DNA of 64,000 nt from Camelus dromedarius (GCF_036321535.1 NC_087437.1:113834001-113898000), one strand, 5' to 3'. Counted from the first letter of the stretch, positions 37,616 through 50,298 are shown. A program made the numbers and translations. Notes: generated by a model not told the origin, from the letters alone.

Positions 37616-38804
37616 CTGCACAAAAAGAGGGAAACACCTGGTCGAAATTCACTTCTTGTCATAATCCACTATATGACAGTTTGTGAGGGCTAGCTATTAC
37701 TTGCCTTGCCATTATTACCAAGGTGTCAGAATGACTGTTCAGGTGACAATAAGCCTTATTTGTCTGTTACAGTTAAGTGAAATATTTTATGAAATATTTT
37801 CTATTTCTTCCTAAAAGATGTATCTTTGTTTACATTGATTTTATTCTTACGCCTGAACTTTACATATGATGATACACATAACTTGAATAGTGAATCTGAG
37901 AGAATAAAATTTTTATACTAGAGTAAGATTTTAGTCCACTGCTGTTTGTGTTAAATTCTGGTCCAGTATTCATGAACAAAAATGGAGAGTGATGTTTGGC
38001 TTATTACAGAACTCACGCCCTCCTGTTAGCTTTGGGACGATCTATGGATATTTGATACAAGTGTGATAACCATCCCCAGCTTCTTACGTTGCCCCAAACC
38101 CTGTATCTCACTGCTGCTACCAAATTCACAGTGGATTGGAGCTGTCTTTTGGCGGATTAAGTTCTAATATTAAGCCAGGTACCATAGGCAAATCAAACGC
38201 ATTTAACCAACCTGATATAGCCGTAAGATGCCATAACCAACAGGAAGGCAGCTACTCTGCACTACTTCGAGGCTTCGGCTGTATTATGAAGAACTGGAAC
38301 CACCCTTGCAAAGTGGCTCAACCAGTTGGCTAATTAGGCTCAGAACCATCAGCTCAGCATCAGTCATGCCGTAACAAAAAGTCATCGTATTGGGCTGACG
38401 ATTTTCAGCGTGGAATGGAGATTGAAGCTAACCTTGGTCAATCACTCAAATCGTCATACTACATGAGTGTATGATTTATAGCTGATTTCAGATTTATGTA
38501 AGCATATGCAGTCTCTTCTTGGCCACTTTTATGACTGAGATGGCCACTTGAAAACTTTTGCCACTACAAAATTCCAGACCAAGATAACTTTTCCCATATT
38601 TTGTGAGGTGGAGTTCCCAGCTGTGTACCTGTACAAGAGTGTTGGTCAAGATTATGGTCTGTCCACAGCCCTACATCCCAACTTTTCTCAAAGCACCACT
38701 ATGGTCCACTTCTAAATAAAAGAGACAGGTATGCATTCTACGATGCAGGTCAGGCTTCCAGCAAAGCGTAGCCCTTGGTCTGTGTGCTGGTGGGTCACCT
38801 TAAG

Positions 38805-38960
38805 CAGTGGCTCCCAATCTTGCTGCTCTCTAGAATCATCTGAGAGTCTTTTTAGATAACAAGGCTATCCTTTGCCCCAGACCAGTTGACTGACTCTCAG
38901 GGACCGAGGGAGAAGGCAGGATTTGACCCCCAGCTGACTCTGAAGCATGAGAGAGTTAAC
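38805..38960. mobile_element. MER5-like MITE
   Basis: cagtggctcccaatcttg...tagaatcatctgagag...ccccagaccagttgact. Confidence 0.6.
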
Positions 38961-39109
38961 TATTAACGTAAAGCATATGGAGCCTCTTTTCAATCAATTT
39001 CATATCCAGGGTTTCAACCATAATTCGACCATGATCCAAGGCTTTTCAAATGTTGACTTTAGCTATCCTACAGTGAAGAAAGACTATCTAATAATGATGA
39101 TGAACTGGT

Positions 39110-39330
39110 TACAATGGAAGCCGCCATTTACAGCCACTGAACTGGGTGCTGTGTGCTTTTTCACTTAATCCTCGTGGCAGCCCAATGAGGAAGTTGCATT
39201 CATTGGCTTTTTCTGTGGGTTAAGAATCTGGGGTTCAGCAAAGCAAATTGCTCAAAGGCATACAGTCAGTAAGTAACGGAACTAAGTTGCAAGTGCATGT
39301 GTGTCTGATTCCAAAGTCATAGGTCAAGGA
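39110..39330 (-). mobile_element. MIR
   Basis: ttcacttaatcctcgtggcagcccaatgagg...tgtctgattccaaagtc. Confidence 0.6.
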
Positions 39331-40677
39331 GCGTGAGATAAAGGGGTTGAGGGCTGTGGTGCTATATAGGGTGGGGGAGGGGCACTAGCTCAATCCTGGC
39401 TTCTCAGAGGAAGTAAATCTAAGCTGTAACCTGGAGGATGAGACAAAGCCAGACTGGGGAGGCCAGAGAGGGGCACTGAGGGATGGCGAGAGCTGCTAGA
39501 AAGCAGGGAAAGTCAGGAGGAGAGTGTTGCAGGTGAGGGCAGGGGGTGGGGAGTAGGTGAAGGTCTGGAGGTGAGAGAGAATATGCTGATGGTCCAGGTG
39601 AGGACGAACCTGAGATGCCCCCAACCGGCTCAGGCAGAAAAAGCAAAGTGTCAAGATGAACATTTTAGGGGATCCACGAAAAAGAGGCCACTTTGAGTCT
39701 ATATATTCTAAGTTCATATGTGTTCAATCATAGGAAAAAGACGTGTGATAATTCAGCATTGATAGGAGAGAAGCTTATTACAGACTGTGTGTGAGAAAGA
39801 AGGCTCTGTTTTCAAGCCATGCAGTGTGTTTACCATCTAAGATGACTGCCGCCATCTAGTCGAGAAGTGGATTTGACATTACCTATGGGAGCCCTTTCAT
39901 TTAGTCAAAGAATCTAAGCTTCAGAGAGGGTCCAGGGCTTGCCCGAGGTTCCAGCACTGCCTAAAAGGCCCCGAGCTGGCCCCGGGACACGGGGTGGTTG
40001 ACTACAGAGCACAGTTCTTTTTCATTCTGCCCTCCTTGGAGGTAAGTCATCAGAGAGAATGAAAATCATTTTTGCATAATTTAAAAGACAAAAAATAATG
40101 AAGAAAAGGCAGAGCTGACTGCTTCTTGCAAGAGCCACCGCCCCCGGACTCGGGCAGCTCTTAGACCAGCGCCGCTCACCTGGGCATCCAAAGCAGCCAT
40201 TGCATAAACACAAGTTCACGGACATGCTTGGGTAAGCATCCCTGTGGGAGGAGGTCTGTCACAATGCCATGTATGTTTCCATAGCCTTCAAAGGGTCTCT
40301 GGTTCCCAAAGGGGTTTTATGTTGGAAAAGTCCTTTCATTAAAAAATCTAAAAGGCACAGCATTTTTCCCCTAAGCTTACATACTCAGTCTTGTTGGATA
40401 GTTTTCCTTAATAGCATGTTTGATACAAGGTTTTCCAGCGTAAAGCTAGCCTGCTTCTGTAAACCTGAAACAGTCTGGGGACAGTATGTTCAGGCTTTGT
40501 TATCATCAGTGACATTGGCTCATGCTTAATTAACACACCCTGCTGCACAGAATTCTAAGACCCCCAAGATTAGTTTATTTACTCTCAAAACGACACTGTG
40601 ACATGAGCATTATTATCATTCTCATGTTACAAGGAAGAAAACTCAGCCACAAAAAGATTAAGTTAGTTGCCCTAGGT

Positions 40678-41143
40678 TAGTGGTTCTCAAAGTGTGACCA
40701 CTAGACCAGCAGCACCAGCATTACCTAGGAACTTACTAAAAACGCAGACCATTGGGCCCCACTCTGGACCTACTGAACCAGAAACTCCTTGTTTTCATGA
40801 GACCCCCAGTTACGGACATAGAAAACAAAACTTATGGTTACCAGGGGGAACAGGGATGGGAAGGGATAAATTGGGAGTTTGAGATTTGCAGATACTAACG
40901 ACTACATATAAAATATATAAACAACAAGTTTATACTGTATAGCACAGGGAACTTTATTCAATATCTTATAGTAACCTGTAATGGAAAAGAATACGAAAAG
41001 GAATATATGTATGTATATGTATGACTGAAACATTATGCTGTACACCAGAAATTGACACACTGTATGTGAGTATACTTCAATTAAAAAAATTAATAAGACC
41101 CTCAGGTGATTCGGATGCCCCGAGTCACCCAGTTGAACCACAG
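40678..41143. mobile_element. MER5A inserted in a MIR and itself interrupted by L1
   Basis: TAGTGGTTCTCAAAGTG ... GAACCACAG termini; 8-bp TSD CCCTAGGT 40670-40677 / CCCTAGGA 41144-41151. Confidence 0.8.
40810..41092 (+). mobile_element. L1 3' end
   Basis: acggacatagaaaacaaaacttatggttaccagg...gggataaattgggagtttgagatttgcagatac...tatacttcaattaaaaaaa; TSD ATGAGACCCCCAG 40797-40809 / ATAAGACCCTCAG 41093-41105. Confidence 0.92.
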
Positions 41144-41601
41144 CCCTAGGACCTCCACTTAGAAAATGAAGCCAGCATTTAAAGACAGACAGTGTTGCCA
41201 CAAATCACAGTTGGTAAGTGACAGAACCGAGACTCGAGCCAGGGTGACAATTGCTGCTGTACCTTCTCTGGTTTAAGCAGTGTTGATAACGAACAGCCTA
41301 ACTAGGTTATCTAAGTCCTAAACACCACTGGAGCTTAATTTTATGACGCTCATTGATGCGCAGACTTTGGAACAACAACCTCTGCCCAACGGTCCCCAAT
41401 GCTTTGTCCTGCACCACGTATAGCATTCTTGGTGGGGGGGTCCAAACCCTGGGGATTTCCAGATTTGAGCCATCTGACCCTAGATAATTTATACTAGGCT
41501 TGAAGACAGGTAGTTAGGCAAGCTCTAACTCCAATCATGTCTGGTTAAAAAATAGTAATAATAATTAGTGGATCAGATTGCCTTTGTAAAAATTAACTTA
41601 C

Positions 41602-41671
41602 TTCCTTACATTTCACAAAGGCAGCCAGAGCCTCTTTTTAAGAGCTTTCCTGGCACAGTTGAGGCACGGTG
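41602..41671 (-). other. Candidate small exon (70 nt; 62 nt with alternative donor)
   Basis: Acceptor atatctgcttcatctttcag|C; tandem donors AAT|GTAAGG and GAA|GTAAGT. Confidence 0.35.
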
Positions 41672-42319
41672 CTGAAAGATGAAGCAGATATTTGGTAAAA
41701 TTGGCCACTCTAGATACTGAAGTTCACCACAATAGCTAGAAAGACCTTGTTCACACTAAAAATGCGAAGTAGGCTGCATACACTCAGAAACGACCCTTCA
41801 AGTTACCTTCAGCCTTGATTTAACCTCCTTGACCTTTTCCCTCCAAACTCCTTTTGAGGTCTTGAGAAAGAACATTATAGTAGCAAGGCCACATTTTGTG
41901 AATAAGGACAGTTTCCGAAATGATGACTTGAAATCAGATTAGATTATTCCCCCCTTTCAGTTAAGGAGTTGGATAATTTCACTGTCTTCTCGCATTGGAA
42001 AGGAGAACTCTTCCAGCATGTTCTAAACATCTCACAAGTCAGTTCACAAGTGGCTTAATATTCTGATTGCATATGAGACAACATGTGACGCCGAGTGCAG
42101 GGCATTCTTGAGACAGCAAATGCTGGGAGGGAGATGTGTGTCACGGAGTCTGAATTGCTTCATACCTCGAGATTAGCTGGCCCTCCAGATCAGGGAGTGG
42201 TACCCATTATTTATTTATTTATTTTTGGCTTGTATTAGTAAGTCCTATTAACTCCAGTTCGAACTTTCATTCCTCCCTGGCTTTCGTAAGGAGTGTTACC
42301 AGGACAATGACACAGTGTG

Positions 42320-42432
42320 CTGCTTGTTTGCATTACCAAACACCGGAAGTGCCATGAAGAAAGGGGCTGCTGTAAAGTGAATTCAGACACTTGATACAGA
42401 CGTGATGAATGCCCAGCTGATTTCCACGTAGG
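42320..42432. promoter_or_regulatory. Enhancer-like motif cluster (FOX, ETS, HRE)
   Basis: TGTTTGC 42325-42331; ACCGGAAGT 42342-42350; ACGTG 42400-42404; TACGTG (-) 42425-42430. Confidence 0.3.
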
Positions 42433-42974
42433 AGATTCTGGTCTCATTTTGTGTGAAAAAAAAGGTAATAAAACAAGACAAAAGGAGCTGAAGGACTCTA
42501 AGTTCAGTTTTTTAAACAATTTAAATAAACATACGGATATCCTGTTATAAACATCCCCTACAGCAGAGTCATTTTTTTGCCTTTGGTATTTGTGTATGTG
42601 TGGTGCCAGCACATGTGTGTTTGTCTCCATCTATCTATTATCTGTCTATCCAACTATCATCTTTCTATCAAGAGATAAGCCTTTCTACACATTAATATGG
42701 AACTGGGACTTCTCAACCGTCTGGTAACTCCAAAAAAGACCTAGTCAGTGGCTACTACTCCATCGTGATGAACAGTATCGTTCAATTTGCCCTCAGTAGG
42801 ATTAAAACAGGTACTATTTGATGTTAAATTACTCACCTCAAATTAAATATCTTTAAAGACATATATCAAATAGGAGCCTTTAAAAATGTGCCTGAAGAAA
42901 AAGTAAAGCTATGCACAGAAGAGTTATGAGGTAAAAACTTCAGTCTATTTTCTTATCTTTCTGTCTCCCCATAG

Positions 42975-43125
42975 ATACAAAATATTATAAAATTATATAT
43001 GATATGTTATATATATGCGTCATGTGTATGTATAATACATATTTTTCATAGATGTATAGAGAGAAATAGAACTGATTTTTTTAAATATTAAAATAATATG
43101 TCTTCATATATGTGTATATATCTGG
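42975..43125. repeat. AT-rich (TA/TG) low-complexity tract
   Basis: Directly visible. Confidence 0.75.
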
Positions 43126-44742
43126 AGCAATTCATTCTCGCCGGTGACAAGCAACGCCATTCTCCATTTAGCGATCATCATCGTAAGATGATAAAGTTAG
43201 CGGTCAGAATTGGATCTAAAAGATCAACAGGCTGGAAGGAGAGAAAACAGGCACCCTTGGGAGAACGCTGAAGAGTTTCTCACATTTAACCAGTCTTTCT
43301 TCTTCGGCCGTCCCATTTCAGGTGAAAGCGAAGGAGAGATGAGAAAGGAAGACACCAGGATGGAGACTAATAACAGGACAGAAGCCACAGAAGCAAAGCG
43401 CTACATTCTTCTGAGGCACCTGTTTCTGTCACTGAAGCCATGCTCATCCCTCTCGACCCCATCGATACTCTGATGCCCTGTTTCATTTTCACTTTTCCTG
43501 TGGTGGCATTTTCGCTTGGCCTTTGATACCACGTGAAGAAAGGAGTTCGGCCCAGGTCGACACAAACTTATTCCTACAACTGTCTCCGCTCTCCCATCCC
43601 CTCCCTGCCACCTGCCTTCTAATGGCTCCACTAATCTGGATTTAAATCACGCTAAAATCCTATCTCCTCTTTTACTTGCTCAAAATGACTAATCTGCTCT
43701 TTCGCCAAGAAGAGATGACACTCCTTGCCATCCTTCCAGTTCCTGTGGTCAAAATTAATTAATTCAACCAATATTTATTAAGCATTACCATGAGGTAGGC
43801 AGTGGGCAAGTAACGAAACTCCCCCACCCACAGTCCTCCGTAAAAATACAGTGAGCAACTATTCTCCTTTGAAGTTAGAATATGTATTCGCCGAGGAGCT
43901 GAGCTGAAAAAAAATTGTTTAATGCATGTAAAACTATGCACCTGAAAATTGTTCAGTCCATTAAAGTACCTAGAAAGCTACACGGGTTGATAGTGATTTA
44001 TTTTACCAAACTCTATTTAATGGAAAGATTCTGTTCCTGGGAAACAAAATTAATTCATTTTTAATTCTGTCTTCAGCCTGGTCTGAAAATATCAGAACCA
44101 GCTTTTGGGTCCAATCACGAAAAGGAACTTGACTGTAGTGAATTCAAATCACCAAATCAGACTTTTCTACCAAATAAGTGGAAACAAGATTTCATCTCAA
44201 TGAGGAAACCATGATTTCATGCCAGAATTTAAGAGAAATAAAGCTTAGTTCTAATGACCATTAATATCAGTAATCATTATTCCTTATCTGTTAAATGTCT
44301 ACTTATAAAGAACAAACCTAATATATTTGCCTTAACAGTGTTTTTAAAAAATAATTTGGGAAAAAAACAAAAATAAAAATAGGTCTTGTGTCAAGGAGGT
44401 ATTATTTCAGGTAATCATGTTTTTTCTCCAAACAGGTCTTTATTATTCTTTTGTATCATATTTTATAATGCAACAACACACAGCAGCTTCAACCATATTT
44501 TTATACATTCCCTTCTGTGTTAAGGAAAATGTTGTAGAAGTTCACAAAATATAAGCATGCTCTATTTTTCTTTTTTTTTTTTTTTTTTTTTTTTGGTTTG
44601 GATGACTTTGTTTTTACTGTTGCTCACTGTTGCTCAGTTGAGTAAATTTTAAACTATCACAATATTTTGTAGAAAAGTACTCCTAGATGAATGAAATCTT
44701 TCTGAAATCCCCCAAATCTTACATCGGCCGAATTAGACTTAC

Positions 44743-45220
44743 TGGCATGAACAGTACTCAGCTTCCTGCTCCTGACCCATAATTTTATATGTGAAAGTCA
44801 TCGTCAAAGCTTGCAAGACAAGTTGCGTTGAGCATTTCCAGATACCAACCCTCCCCTCGGTGAATTCAAACAGCCGACAGCTGCTCAGCCTGTTCTTCCC
44901 ATCACAGCTCATGATTGCGTTAGAAAAAAATTCACCTTTAAAAAAAAAATTTGTGAAAACTGAGAACACCAAGATCAACCAGTGGCAACTAAGAGGCTCT
45001 GTGCTGTTATCAGCCTGAGCGCGTTTTCTTGGGCTCTTGCCCAGCAGGACTAAATTCTCTTTACAGCAAGGGATGGTTTCAGCTGACCTGCTGTGAAATG
45101 TCCCAAGTGAGTCACTGCCGTTAACTCCATCAGCGCCATTTGCTGTCCACTTGGACATTTCTGAACAGCTGCTGGGCTCCAATGCCAACTTCTAACTGGA
45201 AATATGGCTGGTCTGACTCA
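44743..45220 (-). promoter_or_regulatory. Candidate promoter and first exon (or internal exon 44743-44935) of a minus-strand transcript
   Basis: Unique sequence; AP-1 at 45108-45114 and 45214-45220; donor CCA|GTAAGT at 44743/44742 (second donor GAT|GTAAGA 20 nt on); possible acceptor ttttttttttaaag|G at 44935. Confidence 0.4.
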
Positions 45221-45609
45221 GTTTCAGAAGGGGAAAAGGTGGGGTGGGAGGAGAGGGACAGAGAGAGGGAAGAGAGAAAACACACATGCCTCCTCTCAAA
45301 GAAAACTGCCAGCTATGTATTTTTTTTTTTTTCCTACTGATTATGGTGCAAACACATTTTGAAGAAGTGACAATACTAAACCCAATCTGTCATATTCTGT
45401 CCATTTTGCCTCTTATTATTTTACTCCTGAAGTTGGGCTGGGATTTTATATTGAAATCACGTGTTGATGTGGAAATTTGCAGCCCATTAGATGTTACCCC
45501 ATTTCCACTTTTTTTAAAAAAAAACATAATCATCTTATTTTCTAAACACGAAAGTGAATATTTCCTTTACTCTAAAAATATTTTTCATAAAATTGAAAAT
45601 CCATTTTGA

Positions 45610-45860
45610 ATCAATCAACAACTTTTTTGGAGCATTTGCTAGAACAGGCTTCTGGACTAGACATTAACGAGGATTCTGAGAAATATCAGACATGATCCTT
45701 GGATTCAAGAATTTGTAATAAAATGAAGAGAAAAGGCCTGTTTAAATAGATGGTCCAGGAACAATATGAGGGGGTGTGCATAAAAGTGCCAGATGCCTGG
45801 TATGGCTACCAGGGGCTGCAAGAACTCAGAGAAGGGCCCTGGGCTGGTGGTTTTAAATCT
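45610..45860 (-). mobile_element. LINE-2 3' fragment
   Basis: aatcaatcaacaactttttggagcatttgct...gacatgatccttggattcaagaattt. Confidence 0.55.
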
Positions 45861-47204
45861 GGAATGATGGTAACTGATACTAACAACTGAAATTAACTTG
45901 ACTTTATAAACATGGGCTGTGTGTCATAGCTGGGCATATAGCCTAAGGGTCTAAGTTAAAGGCTGAAATATGCTCACGTGACCTCAGCATTTCATTTCAG
46001 GGGAAGTCTGTGATTTATATGTACATTGTTGTGTGCATAAGCACATGTATACATTTTCCAAAACCTCTTACATTACCAGAGTCATCAAGAAGAGGACTGT
46101 GTACTTGTTCTCCTGGGAGCATTTATCTCCCATCTTGTGGGCAGTGATGAAATAGCGATCCAGGTTCCTAGGGCTTATCAAGAGTTAGAAAATAGATCAA
46201 TAGGATAGAGAGGTTTCTTTCATTTTGAAAGCTCCCCCTACCCTACTATTTTTATTTCTTGAAAGATTTCAGAGGAGACTACAGACAGGATGGTTCTTAC
46301 CTTCTTTCATGATGAAGATGATGTAACCATAGACTTACAGATTTTTTTCAACACAATTCAACACTTACAAATATTTTCTCTGAGTGGTAAACAGAAACCT
46401 TATTCCGTGTTCACTGAGTGCTCTGAGTTAATTTACCTCTCACCATGTTATTCACTCCAATTCATTATAGATTTGAGTTAAAGAGAGCTTAGTCTCCAAA
46501 TGCTAAGATAATCCTTGGTTACTGAATGAGTGAATGTATGTAATTAATCTCCAAGTCATTGATTCATATTTTACCAGAAACTCATATAAAAAAAAAAATA
46601 GGCGTGGAGTTTTAATCCTGAGGAGGCCTGCAAATATTAGAAAGTAATAAATACAAAAGAATGCTTTGATTTAGCGCCCTAAAACCACCTAGCAGTTTTT
46701 CCTGAAATTTCTCAATTCATACCTAAGGCTACTAGAATAAGAACAAAATATCAGTTTTCCCAAGATGTCAAAAAATCTCACTTATAATTTTAAAAATCAC
46801 ATGTATTCAGAATTGGTGTACGCAAGTTTGTCTCTGACCTTATCTATGGACTGGATGGGAACAAAAGGGCTTTTCTCCAGATGGAGGACCAAGCCAGAAG
46901 GGCAGTCACTCTGAAGGGAAATAGGACTTGCACAGAGAATTGAGATTACAAGTCAATTCATGAGTAATCTGGCTTTAACACTATGGCATAGTGGTAAATA
47001 GGCAGAAATAGGCAGAGAAAGGGAAATAAGGAAGACGGATTATACGGAAAAATGGATGACAATTTAGTAATTTATCATTTATGGGTGAGGGGATGTTGAG
47101 AAGAAATTCCAAAGGGAAGCTAAAAATTGAGCTGGGTTCTCAGAATGCCTTTGTTAGCTGGCTTTGGGCAGATAGTGAGAGGGAATCCTAGCCAACAAGA
47201 GCAG

Positions 47205-47830
47205 TATTCATCCAATAAATATTTACGGAAATGCCTATTGTAAGCCACGCATTCCTCTGAATAGTGGAGACCTTACTGTGAACCAAACCAAGTCTTTGGC
47301 CTCATGACCCTTCCAATGTGGAAGACATGTAATAATAAAAAGCATAAATAAAATACAGATCTGTATTATAATGTTAAGTAGACATTATAAAATAATGTCT
47401 GTAATGTAATATGATAAATCTATCATGTAATTATAAAATATGACGTCAAATGGCTAAAGAGATGAATAATGCAGGGTAAGATGATGTTAACTGCAAGTAT
47501 GTGGCAGTGTGGAAATGCAGGTGATCATAGATCAGCAAGATTTGATGGTCCTAAGAGCACAGTGTGCTTGGTGGGAGTTGGGGGTAGGAAAGGAGTGAGA
47601 AAATAAATATAGAGAAGGCAAAATGTTTGGATTTCAAGTCTCATATTATCTTACAAGTCCTGCCAAGAAATTTGAGTTTTCTTCTCTAGGCAAATATAGG
47701 AGCCATGGAAGAATTCTTAAGTAGGCAGTGATATGATATGATCTGTTTTTATATAGATCACTTCCATGGAAGTGCAGAAAGTAGATGTGGGGTCAACACT
47801 CAGTTAGGAAGCTAGTTGTTTATGTACTAC
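47205..47830 (-). mobile_element. LINE-2
   Basis: attcatccaataaatatttacggaaatgcctattgtaagcc...ggagccatggaagaattcttaagtaggcagtgatatgat. Confidence 0.65.
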
Positions 47831-48479
47831 CAGTTTAGCTGAGAAGATTAAATGCAGGTTACAGTGCATCTGGTGGTCTGAGCTCTAGAGAGAAGGAATC
47901 CTAGACCAGATGACCACTGTGAACAGTTAGCCCAGTTGTGGTCAATTTGCCTAGCAGGCCTGAATTGAGAGGTTTATCCCAACTTCACATTCTGTTCATC
48001 TGGGATTTTTGCTTCTGGTAACAACAAAGTAGTTTCTGTCATACAAACTGTATCACAGTTAACAAATATTAATTATGGACAAAATATAAATATATCAGTT
48101 ACTAAAGACATTGGAAAGATACCAAAGGAAGGCAGAGACTGAGAGGCAATGGGTATTTGGAAGAAGGAAATGGCACTGATATGTCTTCTGCTTCTTACAG
48201 TGTTTTGCTTTGTTTTTGCCAGACAGGAGGTCCCAGTCAGGCAATTAAGACTTGGATAAGAAGCAGTAGTTTTACAGGCTTGAAGAACCAGCAGGTGCAT
48301 TTCAGGGAGATCAAACAAGAGACAGCCAGACAATTATATGCAAGATTTTATGTATAAATTCTGTCTATATCTCTGAATGATCTTTTGAATAGGCATGCAC
48401 AGGGCAGAGTCCAAATAGTTCAGCTGAGTCTAAAGGAAGTAAGCATAGATTTCAGCTGCTGCTCAAAGCAAAAGAATGA

Positions 48480-50256
48480 ATACTTTTTGGAGGGATATAA
48501 CAGAATCCAGTGTCTATAAAGTATATTTTTCCACAATGTCCAGTTATTACTAGACATACAAAGCAAACTTAATAAACATACAAAGAAAGAAGAAATCATA
48601 ACACAAACCTAAGAGAAAAGACTTAATGGAATTTGACCTCAAGATAGCCCAGACGTTGGAATTAGCAGACAAAGATTTTAAAGTAAATATTTTAACTACA
48701 ATCCAAAATATAAAGAAAATATATGTGTAATAAATGGGAAAAAAAGCAAAATAGGAACTGTAAATAATAGCAAAGCAAACTTGAAAACTACAATACCTGA
48801 AGTAAAAAATTAACTGGATGGGGTTAACAACTAGGAGACGAGACAAGAAAAAGCCAGTGAAATTGAAGATAGATCAATACAGTTATAGTCTGAAGAAGAG
48901 GGAGGAAAAAGATTTGCCTGTGGGACACAATCAGAAGTCCTAACACATATGTAATTTGAATCCTAGGAAGAGAAAGGAGGGAGAACAGGCTATAGGAAAT
49001 ATTTGAAGTAGTAATACCTGAAAATTTCTCAAATTTGCTGAGACAATTATAAATTCAAGAAGCTCAGCAAACTCAGTCAAGAGCCAGAGAAAATCATAGT
49101 GAGGCCCATCATGGTTAATGTAAAGGAAGCCAAAGATGACAAAAAAGTTCTCAAAGCAGTCAGAGAAAAATGATGCATTAGATACAGTGAAACCATAGTA
49201 TAAATGACTGCTAAGTTCTCATCAGAAACTGTGGAAGACAGAGGCAATGGACCAATACTGTTGAAATGACTTTAGAAAAAAAGAAACTTTCAAGTTAGAA
49301 GCCTATATCTAATGAAAATAATATTCAAGAATGAAGACAGAATAAAACCATTTTCAATTAAATAAAAATTAAGGATATATTGCCAACAATCTGCACTACA
49401 AGCTATGCTTTAAGGAGTTATTCAGACCGATGGGAATTGATACAAAGTTTCTCTTCAGAAAGGAATGAAGAACACTAGAAATAGTAAATACGTGGGTAAA
49501 TTAAAAAGACTAAAGGAAAAATGACAACCTTGTACTATGAGATTTGTAAAGCATGTAGGTAATGATATTTACAGCAACTATAGCATAAGGATAGGATAAA
49601 TGAACCTATATAATTGCAAAGTTTGTGTATTTCACATGAAGTGATATATTAACTGTATGCAGAATGTAAAAATTTAATAATACATACAGTAGTCCTTAGA
49701 GCAACAACTAAAAAGGAATGCAAAGTGGTGTAGCTACAAAGTCATTACAGACGGTTCCTGCCTTAGGATGCTTCGTCGTGATTTTGCAACTTTAGGATGT
49801 AGCGAAAGCAATATACATTGAGTAGAAACCACACTAAGAATTTTGATCTCTTCCTAGGCTAACTATATGTGGTGTGATACTCTCTTGTGATTCTGGGCAG
49901 TGGCAGCGAGCCACAGCTCCCAGTCAGCCACATGATCACAAGGGTAAACAACCAATATACTCACCCACACACAACCATTCTGTTTTTCACATTCAGTACG
50001 GTAGTTAATAAATTACATGAGATAATCTACACTTGATTATAAAGTAGGCTTTGTGTTAGATTATTTTGCCCAACTGTAGGCTAGCATATGTGTTCTGAGC
50101 ACATTTAAGATAGCCTAGTTAGTCTAAGCTGTGATCTTTGATAGGTTAGGTGTATTAAATGCATTTTTGGCTTAATGATATTTTCATTTTATGATGGGTT
50201 TATCAGGATGTAACCCCATTGAAATTCAAGGAAGATCTGTAGATAAATTAAAATCA

Positions 50257-50260
<4 letters not shown>
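48480..50260 (+). mobile_element. Old L1M 5'/ORF1 fossil, interrupted by Tigger
   Basis: gatagcccagacgttggaattagcagacaaagattttaaag...gaaattgaagatagatcaat...ttctcatcagaaactgtggaagacagaggcaatgg (ORF1 C-terminal motifs). Confidence 0.8.
49748..50239 (-). mobile_element. TcMar-Tigger (Tigger5/MER47-like)
   Basis: taggttaggtgtattaaatgcatttt...atgatgggtttatcaggatgtaaccccat...gatctg; CAG...CTG ends with TA on both sides. Confidence 0.85.

Positions 50261-50294
<34 letters not shown>
50261..50294. repeat. (TA)n microsatellite
   Basis: Directly visible. Confidence 0.95.

Positions 50295-50298
<4 letters not shown>

Noticed and set aside
42043..42065. ttcacaagtggcttaatattctg loosely resembles miR-27
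   Set aside because: Indels in the seed and body; no hairpin
43322..43473. Plus-strand acceptor (tcccatttcag|G) with an open frame GESEGEMRKED...
   Set aside because: No convincing donor and no recognisable protein
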